Part shown: positions 57,129-64,000 of the stretch, piece by piece
Position numbering within the stretch: position 1 is the first letter of the stretch
Layout of the letters: every line of letters begins with the position of its first letter
Source: an uncultured Candidatus Saccharibacteria bacterium
Lineage (GTDB): Bacteria > Patescibacteriota > Minisyncoccia > Ryanbacterales > 2-02-FULL-48-12
Assembly (NCBI GenBank): GCA_964479945.1
Contig: CAYZNS010000004.1
Location: forward strand, 13,715-77,714
DNA: 64,000 nt
Direction: 5' to 3'
Notes under the pieces: model-generated
What the model saw: only the letters and a program-made list of their open reading frames with translations
What the model was told of the DNA's origin: nothing
The model's database searches: none
Position numbers and translations under genes: made by a program

Positions 57129-58646
57129 ATGATATTTATATTCTCTTTATTTCTCGTTTTACTCGCCCTCCCGGCTTTTGCCTCGGGGGCTGTTGTCGGT
57201 AATGAAATAGCATGGATGGGAACTGAAACAAGCGCGAATGACGAGTGGATTGAGTTATACAACAACGGCAGTGAAAGTATTGATTTGAGCGGTTGGCGCA
57301 TAGTGGATGCCATAAACGGATCGCCGGATATTGCCATAGGTGATGCATGTATAAAAACAACCATCTCAGCCGGAGGTTATTTCCTACTTGAACGGTCCGA
57401 TGATGATTCGGTTCCTGGTATATCTGCCGATTGCATCTATACGGGCGCATTAAGTAACAGCGGCGAACATTTGCAGTTGATAGATGCGGGCGGGAATATC
57501 ATGGATTCTGTTAATGCGGCAGATGGATGGCCTGCCGGTGATAACACAACCAAAGAGACCATGCAAAAATCTGGCGGTGGATGGGTAACGGCTCAGGCAA
57601 CGCCGAAAGCAGCAAATGCCGTAGGCGGCAGCACTGATGATCCTTATGATTCCGGCTCTGAAACTAATACCGGCGATACGAGCAAATCATCAAATTCGTC
57701 AAACCAAAGCGGGTCATCATCAGGAGGCAGTAGCGCGTATGTCCCGCCGGAAGATCTGCCGCGCATCACAGCGAATGCAGGGAAGGATACAAGCGCAATA
57801 GTGGGTGAGGAGATAGAATTTCGCGGCATGGCGTTCGGGTTAGAAGGCGAACCAATGGAACATGTACGGTATCTGTGGAATTTTGGTGATGGCGGTACGC
57901 GCGAGGGGCAGAATGTAGGGCATGCCTATATGTTCCCGGGTACGTATATGGTACGCCTTACGATTTCTTCAGGAAAATATACTGCGTTTGACGGCCTCGC
58001 CGTATCAATAGGCGAAGGAGGCATGATAATAAGCGAAGCCAAACCCGGCATGGATGGTTGGATTGAACTGCAAAACAAAGGAATCCAAGCCATTCATGTG
58101 GGGAATTGGATTATAGAATCATCCGCGCAACGGTTTATATTTCCGCAGGGTACCACTATAGCGCCCGGGAGTTTCGCGGTGCTTTCCGCGGCAACAACGA
58201 AACTTATCTTAGAAGAAGCTGGTGATGCTGTGCATCTGTTCTATCCGAACGGATCTTTCGCAAATGGTTTCTCCTATGTGTTCCAAGTTCCGGCAGGGAT
58301 GAGCATTTCAAACAACGAGGGCGTTGCAATATTTACAAATCCGACGCCGGGCAAGCCGAATGCTGTGCCGGCGCTGCCGCCAGTACAAGAACCGTTGGTA
58401 CAAAAGCGCTCTGTTGCGGCAAATGTTTTGCCGCCGACAAGCACAAAGCCAACCATTGCAACCAAAATTACTTTGCCGGCGCCGCCTATAGAGCCACTTG
58501 CCCGCGCGTCCGTGTTTGACGCCGCGCCTCCGCCATCCCAAAAAAACAGCGAAACCATCTGGTTCGCCGGAAGCCTGATAGCTGGCGGCCTCCTTGCCGT
58601 TGCAGTGGTATTTTTAAGGCGGAAAAGAAATAGCGTGGATATTTAA
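57129..58646 (+). CDS. Surface protein with lamin-tail and PKD domains and C-terminal TM anchor
   Basis: Signal peptide; NEIAW..EWIELYN..IDLSGW; YLWNFGDG; second LTD-like domain; TM plus RRKR. Confidence 0.85.
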   Translation: MIFIFSLFLVLLALPAFASGAVVGNEIAWMGTETSANDEWIELYNNGSESIDLSGWRIVDAINGSPDIAIGDACIKTTISAGGYFLLERSDDDSVPGISADCIYTGALSNSGEHLQLIDAGGNIMDSVNAADGWPAGDNTTKETMQKSGGGWVTAQATPKAANAVGGSTDDPYDSGSETNTGDTSKSSNSSNQSGSSSGGSSAYVPPEDLPRITANAGKDTSAIVGEEIEFRGMAFGLEGEPMEHVRYLWNFGDGGTREGQNVGHAYMFPGTYMVRLTISSGKYTAFDGLAVSIGEGGMIISEAKPGMDGWIELQNKGIQAIHVGNWIIESSAQRFIFPQGTTIAPGSFAVLSAATTKLILEEAGDAVHLFYPNGSFANGFSYVFQVPAGMSISNNEGVAIFTNPTPGKPNAVPALPPVQEPLVQKRSVAANVLPPTSTKPTIATKITLPAPPIEPLARASVFDAAPPPSQKNSETIWFAGSLIAGGLLAVAVVFLRRKRNSVDI

Positions 58647-59788
58647 TATTTATATAATGCAATAGTTTTTTGCATCATCGTTTCAAGTGAAAATTCCGCC
58701 GTGACGCGCCTTTTATTTTCTTCCCCCATTTGTTTGCGCAAGTCCGCGTTTTGGCAAAGCTGAATAATTGAATCGGCAAGATCGGTAAGAGAAATAGGGG
58801 ACACAAGAAATCCGTTTTTTTCGTGTTCAATAATATCCGGCACGCCGCCAACGCGCGTTGCTACCACCGGCAAACCGGCAAGACCTGCCTCCAGAAGCGT
58901 GTACGGCAGTCCTTCTTTAAGCGACGGAAGTACGAATATGTCAAATGCTTTAAGATAAGGAGCGGCCGGCGATTTAGAAATAAAGAAAACATGGTTTTCC
59001 AACCCCAACTTTGCACTTTGCACTTTGCACTTTGCACTTTCTTCTCCCCATCCTATAAGGCAAAGTTTCGCTTCCGGAAACTTCTGAAGAACCGCCGGCA
59101 GAGCAACTATCAAAAAATCAAGCCCTTTATTTTTGGTCCACTCCGCGATAGTGCCAATTACCAGTGGATATTCCTGGCCGAACAATTCATGCTGTGCTTG
59201 GGCGCGCGGCAAGAATTGCAAGACCTCGATGCCATTGTGTATCAGCGTTACTTTGGAGGATGGCGCGACGTTGTATGATAACGCGGCTCGCCGATCGTTT
59301 TCGGAAATAACAATAACATGATCATGCAGGAGTACCGTTATTTTGCTTGCATAGCGTATAAGCAAGCGCTGCCAATGCGGACGCCATGTTTCTTCAAAAG
59401 GCAAGCCGTGCACTGTGAACACGCGCATGATGTTTTTGGCGGCAAGCGCGTTATAAAAAAAAGCAGCCGCTCCCGCGATACCTCCTGCTTTGGAGCTGTT
59501 CGTATGTATAATGTCCGGTTGGAAACGGCGGTATACGGCAAGAAGTTCAAAAAAAGAGATGATATCTTTGAGCGGATTGATTGATTTTTGAAATCCGGCA
59601 ATGGGGAAGACCACTACGTGTTCTTCGGCTAGTTTTTCCGTAAGCGCGCCACCGGGAACGGTTGCAACCGCTGTTTCAAATTCTTCCCGCGGCAGATGTG
59701 TGGCAAGATCAAACACATACCGCTGGGCGCCCCCCCATACGGATTTTGTGATGACAAACAGGATTTTTTTTCGTTTATCGTTTTGCAT
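58643..59788 (-). CDS. GT4 glycosyltransferase
   Basis: GGAQRY, DIFVLPSLKEGLP..LLEA, ATRVGG. Confidence 0.93.
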   Translation of the reverse strand: MQNDKRKKILFVITKSVWGGAQRYVFDLATHLPREEFETAVATVPGGALTEKLAEEHVVVFPIAGFQKSINPLKDIISFFELLAVYRRFQPDIIHTNSSKAGGIAGAAAFFYNALAAKNIMRVFTVHGLPFEETWRPHWQRLLIRYASKITVLLHDHVIVISENDRRAALSYNVAPSSKVTLIHNGIEVLQFLPRAQAQHELFGQEYPLVIGTIAEWTKNKGLDFLIVALPAVLQKFPEAKLCLIGWGEESAKCKVQSAKLGLENHVFFISKSPAAPYLKAFDIFVLPSLKEGLPYTLLEAGLAGLPVVATRVGGVPDIIEHEKNGFLVSPISLTDLADSIIQLCQNADLRKQMGEENKRRVTAEFSLETMMQKTIALYKY

Positions 59789-59809
59789 TATGGATGCATC
59801 ACGGACTTC

Positions 59810-59887
59810 GCTGAAGGATATGCGCTTCAGGAGGGTTTACTTGGCCAAGCGGCCGTGAGCGCCCTCCTGAAGCGCATATCCTTCAGC
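59810..59887. repeat. 78-bp hairpin between divergent GT genes
   Basis: Perfect arms GCTGAAGGATATGCGCTTCAGGAGGG / CCCTCCTGAAGCGCATATCCTTCAGC. Confidence 0.8.
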
Positions 59888-59925
59888 AAATAATTACATA
59901 TGTTACAATGTATAATACACTGTTT

Positions 59926-61062
59926 ATGCATAATAAAAAAACTATTCTTATTTTCTCAACTGCCTATCTGCCCCTGATAGGCGGCGCGGAGCTTGCCATG
60001 CAAGAAATAACCGGCCGCATACGCGATTTTGATTTTGTTTTAATAACAGCGCGCATGCGGCGCGCGTATCCGCCGCAGGAACGCATCGGCAATGTTGAGG
60101 TGCGCCGCATTGGCGTTGGGCTTCCGGCGCTGGATAAAATCCTTGTTGGTATCGGCGGCATGCTAACAGCACGTCGCTTGATGCGCGAACGGCCTGTCTG
60201 CCTCTTTTGGGGTATGATGGCAAGTTACGCGAGCATGGCGCCGGCGCTCCTTTCTCTTCTGCGCCTCAATCAAGGCGTACCGTTTTTGCTTACGCTTCAA
60301 GAGGGAGATTCGGAAGTACATATCGCGCGCGGACGGCTTGGACTCGTACGATACGGATGGCGTTTTATGCTTCGCCACGCAAGTCATATACAGGTGATAA
60401 GCAATTATCTTGACGGTATGGCGCGGACATATGGGTACACCGGGGATATAACGCTCGTACCCAATGGAGTGGACACAAATCGTATAACGCGAAACGTAGA
60501 ACGTAGAACGCAAGAAAAAAAAGTTATTATTACAGTGTCGCGACTCGTAGAGAAAAACGGGGTTGATACATTGATTCGAGCTTTTGCGGAGGTTTATAAA
60601 AAATATCCGCTCTCCGAATTGCATATAGTGGGGGACGGCCCGTTGCGGTTTGAGCTTGAGGCGCTTTCGCGCGTGCTTGGCGTAGGGAAGGCAACAACGT
60701 TTTTTGGCGCCGTACCGTATGAGAAAGTGCCGGAACATTTGGCGGAGGCAGATATTTTTGCGCGCCCGTCACGGTCGGAAGGGTTAGGCACCGCGTTTCT
60801 GGAAGCGATGGCCGCCGGTTTGCCGATACTAGGCACGCCGGTAGGCGGCATTGTGGACTTTTTGCGGGATGGCGAGACGGGTTTGGTGTGCAACGTTGAC
60901 GATGCAGACGATCTTGCGGATAAAATATGCGCGCTTTTGGAAAATAGGGAACTTTACGAACGATTGCAAAAAAACGGCAGACAACTCGTGGAGAGTGAGT
61001 ATAGCTGGGATAGCGTCGCGGAACGGATGAAAAACATAATGAACTCGCTATGCGCATCGTAA
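59926..61062 (+). CDS. GT4 glycosyltransferase
   Basis: GGAE, VPNGVD, PSRSEGLG..FLEAMA. Confidence 0.93.
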   Translation: MHNKKTILIFSTAYLPLIGGAELAMQEITGRIRDFDFVLITARMRRAYPPQERIGNVEVRRIGVGLPALDKILVGIGGMLTARRLMRERPVCLFWGMMASYASMAPALLSLLRLNQGVPFLLTLQEGDSEVHIARGRLGLVRYGWRFMLRHASHIQVISNYLDGMARTYGYTGDITLVPNGVDTNRITRNVERRTQEKKVIITVSRLVEKNGVDTLIRAFAEVYKKYPLSELHIVGDGPLRFELEALSRVLGVGKATTFFGAVPYEKVPEHLAEADIFARPSRSEGLGTAFLEAMAAGLPILGTPVGGIVDFLRDGETGLVCNVDDADDLADKICALLENRELYERLQKNGRQLVESEYSWDSVAERMKNIMNSLCAS

Positions 61063-62216
61063 TCGCAACGGGCATATTCCCGCCGGATATCGGAGGACCG
61101 GCGACATACAGCAAGGTATTGGCTGAAGAGCTTGTTAAGCGCGGGCACACAGTTACGGTTGTTACATACGGTAGCAATGAATCAAGAAGTAAGAATCAGG
61201 AATCAAGGAATAATAATTACGAGTTACGAGTTACGAGTTACGAGTTACGAAAAGGTATCCGGCACATGGTTTATTTCTGGCGCGTATACCGCGCGGGCCG
61301 CAATGCCGATGTAATCTACGCGCAGGATGCGGTAAGCGCGGGGTTTCCGGCGGCAGTGGCCGCACTTCTGCTCAAGCGGCGTTTTATACTTAAAATTGTG
61401 GGGGACCATGCATGGGAGCAAGGTGTGCAGCGCTTCGGCGTGCGGGACTTGCTGGATGATTTTCTTGGGAAATCATATGGCGCGCGCGTCGGCATGCTGC
61501 GCATGGTACAACGGTTTGCGGGCCGAAGAGCAAAGCACATTATCGTGCCAAGCGAATATTTAAAATCTGTGGTAGAACGGTGGGGCTTGAAGCCGGACAA
61601 AATAACAGTTATCCCGAACGCGGTTTCCATTTCACAGAATCTCGTATCAAAAAAGGAAGCGCGCGCGAAATTGGGATTGGATAGTGAAGCTTTTATTCTT
61701 CTTTCCATAGGCCGCCTTGTACCATGGAAAGGATTTGGGATGCTGATTGAATTGATGCCTCGAATTACCGCGAAAATTTCTGACGCAAAACTTATTATCA
61801 TAGGAAATGGTCCTGATGAAGATATATTACGAGTTACGAGTTACGAGTTACGAGTTCCCGTTATATTTACAGGTGGTATTCCAAAAGAAAATATTGCTCT
61901 GTATCTTGCGGCGGCTGATATGTTCTGCCTCAACACGGCTTATGAGGGTTTCTCTCATCAGCTTATTGAAGCTATGACCGCCGGTATTCCGGTGATAACA
62001 ACGAATGCGGGGGGTAATAAAGAAATCATACGGGATGGAGAAAATGCGTTGGTAGCGCGGTATAATGATGATGCAGACTGGCAAGAGAAAATTTTCTTAC
62101 TGTATCATAATGAGGCGTTGCGCCTTCGTCTGTCCCGTGGAGGAGAACATATTGCGGATCATTATTCTCTGGAGCGCATGGTTATAAAGACAGAATCCAT
62201 AATCCGTAATTCATGA
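61050..62216 (+). CDS. GT4 glycosyltransferase
   Basis: FPPDIGGPATY, GRLVPWKG, YEGFSHQLIEAM. Confidence 0.93.
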   Translation: MRIVIATGIFPPDIGGPATYSKVLAEELVKRGHTVTVVTYGSNESRSKNQESRNNNYELRVTSYELRKGIRHMVYFWRVYRAGRNADVIYAQDAVSAGFPAAVAALLLKRRFILKIVGDHAWEQGVQRFGVRDLLDDFLGKSYGARVGMLRMVQRFAGRRAKHIIVPSEYLKSVVERWGLKPDKITVIPNAVSISQNLVSKKEARAKLGLDSEAFILLSIGRLVPWKGFGMLIELMPRITAKISDAKLIIIGNGPDEDILRVTSYELRVPVIFTGGIPKENIALYLAAADMFCLNTAYEGFSHQLIEAMTAGIPVITTNAGGNKEIIRDGENALVARYNDDADWQEKIFLLYHNEALRLRLSRGGEHIADHYSLERMVIKTESIIRNS

Positions 62217-63250
62217 AAATCGTAATGTTCACATCCGATCCCCAGGCATTTGTTTCCGGATCGCATACCTGGAACCGCATGCGTCTGTATGAAGCTGCAC
62301 TGGAGAAATTGGAACTTGTCCGCATGGACCGGTCACAAGGAAGATATGCAAGATTTTGGCGCGGATATAAGAAAGCAAAGCTGCTTGTACGCGGCGAGCG
62401 CTATGATCTTATAGTGGCACAGGATGTGGAGCACGCATTCCTTGCGTGGCATCTTTCCCGGCGCTGCGGCGTGCCGTTTCAAATGCAGATTCATACGGAT
62501 ATATTCAGCCCATACGTTTGGAGGGGCAGCATGTTGAACAAGGCGCGCGTTCTGTTCGCCATGTTCCTGATCCCGCGGGCATCATGCATACGGGTTGTAT
62601 CAGAGCGCATACGGCGTTCCATTACGGCGCGATACCCTGATACGCATATATCTATTACGGTGCTCCCCGTTATTCCCGCATATTCCGGAACTCCGGAAGC
62701 AAAACTTCCGGAATTTTTTACCGTACTTATGGTTGCGCGGCTGGAGAAGGAAAAAAACATTCCCTTAGCGCTGCGCGTATTCGCCAAGTTTTTACGGGGG
62801 CATCCGGGGGCGCGTCTGCGCATTGTTGGAAACGGATCGCAAAGAGCGGCATTGAAACGCATGTGCGCTGCTTTGGGAATTGAACATTCGGTGGAGTTCC
62901 GGGAAGCGTTTTCTATGAAGGAATATGAAACCGCCCATGTTTTGCTGCTCACCTCAAATTATGAGGGATACGGAATGGTGGCGCTGGAAGCGTTGCGGAG
63001 CGGTTTGCCGGTGATTATGACTAATGTCGGCGTGGCGGGTGAAGTTGTGCTGGATGGCGTAAATGGCCTGGTGGTGCCCGTGGGAGACGAAGAAAAACTG
63101 CTGGAAGCGCTTACTCGCTATGCAGGGGATAGCGCGGTGCAAGATCGGCTGCGCCGGGGGGCTAAGGCAACGCAGGCGCCCTATGCATCGCAGGAAGAAT
63201 ACAGGGATAAGCTTTTGGCGTCATGGCGAACATGCGGCATGAAAAATTAA
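62213..63250 (+). CDS. GT4 glycosyltransferase
   Basis: ARLEKEKN, SNYEGYG..ALEA. Confidence 0.92.
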   Translation: MKIVMFTSDPQAFVSGSHTWNRMRLYEAALEKLELVRMDRSQGRYARFWRGYKKAKLLVRGERYDLIVAQDVEHAFLAWHLSRRCGVPFQMQIHTDIFSPYVWRGSMLNKARVLFAMFLIPRASCIRVVSERIRRSITARYPDTHISITVLPVIPAYSGTPEAKLPEFFTVLMVARLEKEKNIPLALRVFAKFLRGHPGARLRIVGNGSQRAALKRMCAALGIEHSVEFREAFSMKEYETAHVLLLTSNYEGYGMVALEALRSGLPVIMTNVGVAGEVVLDGVNGLVVPVGDEEKLLEALTRYAGDSAVQDRLRRGAKATQAPYASQEEYRDKLLASWRTCGMKN

Positions 63251-64000
63251 AAGTCTGTTATATAGTGCCGGAAATTGCGGAAGATGCCTCAACGCATTTT
63301 GAGCATAAGCGGGAAATTATACAGGAGCTTCGGGGCGATATTGAATTTTTTGTATATGCTCCGACTCTTATAAGCATCGTGAAAATCAAATTTGCTTATT
63401 TTTTCCGCGGCGTTCGCATATTCTATGTGCATTATTCATTCAAGGGCGCGCTCGTTGCCATACTCCTTACAAAACTTTTTGGCGGCAGGGTCTTTTACTG
63501 GAACTGCGGTATGCCATGGTTGTATAAGCGCGGGTGGCTGGAGGAGAAATTATTTAGATTTATTTTACGGAACTCGATATTTGTTACCGGCACGAATTCT
63601 CTTGCGGAACACTATGCTGATCGGTATGGGCTTGATCGCGCGCGCGTACGCGTAGTGCCGAATTATATTCGCGTCTCGCATATGCAGGGAATTACGCGCG
63701 ATTCAGCGCGTAGGGAACTTGAGATTCCATCGGGTAAAAAGGTTGTACTTTTTCTGCATCGCCTCTCGCGGCGCAAGGGGGCGCATTTTTTGCCGGATAT
63801 TTTAAAAGAGTTTGCGATCAGGGAAGACGTACTATTTTTGATAGTCGGCGACGGCCCCGAACGTACCAATACCGAGTTACGAGTTACGAGTTACGAGTTA
63901 CAAAACAGGGTTCGTTTTGAGGGAAATGTGCCAAATAATCGTGTGCCAATTTATTTCGCAGCCGCGGATGTTTTTCTTATGCCTTCCGAAGAAGAGGGGA
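63232..64000 (+). CDS. GT4 glycosyltransferase, 3'-truncated by window edge (not in ORF track)
   Basis: Open frame MRHEKLKVCY...HRLSRRKG...IVGDGPE...ADVFLMPSEEEG. Confidence 0.9.
   Translation, partial: MRHEKLKVCYIVPEIAEDASTHFEHKREIIQELRGDIEFFVYAPTLISIVKIKFAYFFRGVRIFYVHYSFKGALVAILLTKLFGGRVFYWNCGMPWLYKRGWLEEKLFRFILRNSIFVTGTNSLAEHYADRYGLDRARVRVVPNYIRVSHMQGITRDSARRELEIPSGKKVVLFLHRLSRRKGAHFLPDILKEFAIREDVLFLIVGDGPERTNTELRVTSYELQNRVRFEGNVPNNRVPIYFAAADVFLMPSEEEG

Noticed and set aside
1-64000. CRISPR array or cas genes
   Set aside because: No regularly spaced direct repeats with unique spacers; the repeats are dispersed palindromes or 7-mers.
1-64000. Alternative genetic code (TGA read-through)
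   Set aside because: dnaK and xseB end at TGA at the expected lengths, and core genes have no in-frame TGA.

Overview
A 64-kb segment of a bacterial chromosome that looks like a Patescibacteria/CPR (Parcubacteria-like) genome. That call is inferred from streamlined housekeeping proteins (truncated RF1, EF-Ts, ThrRS, HrcA), a pilin-LamG protein, a lamin-tail/PKD protein and a VirB4/TraG-like ATPase. Core genes include dnaX, CIRCE-hrcA-grpE-dnaK, xseAB, rpoBC, ftsK, recA, rpsF-ssb-rpsR, ychF, miaA, thrS, dnaE, prfA, rpmE, rpsB-tsf, rpmG, a stress cluster (ahpC, ArsR, iscS, ferredoxin, sod, htrA, clpB), five GT4 glycosyltransferases and five intact tRNAs. The unusual signal lies in the repeat layer. 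(1) Degenerate 7-bp tandem arrays occur as inverted pairs in many intergenic gaps and appear to overwrite in-frame segments of proteins, including the same helix in three glycosyltransferases. (2) Many different palindromic MITE/REP-like elements are nested in one another, some with target-site duplications and in-window empty sites, next to a GIY-YIG nuclease gene enclosed by inverted repeats. (3) An intact tRNA-Thr(UGU) sits inside a hairpin that replaces part of the anticodon arm of a second tRNA. Also notable are apparent leaderless core genes contrasting with SD-led accessory genes, a divergent pyrE/pyrF-like pair, and unannotated small membrane proteins. All calls come from reading the sequence by eye; no database searches were run.
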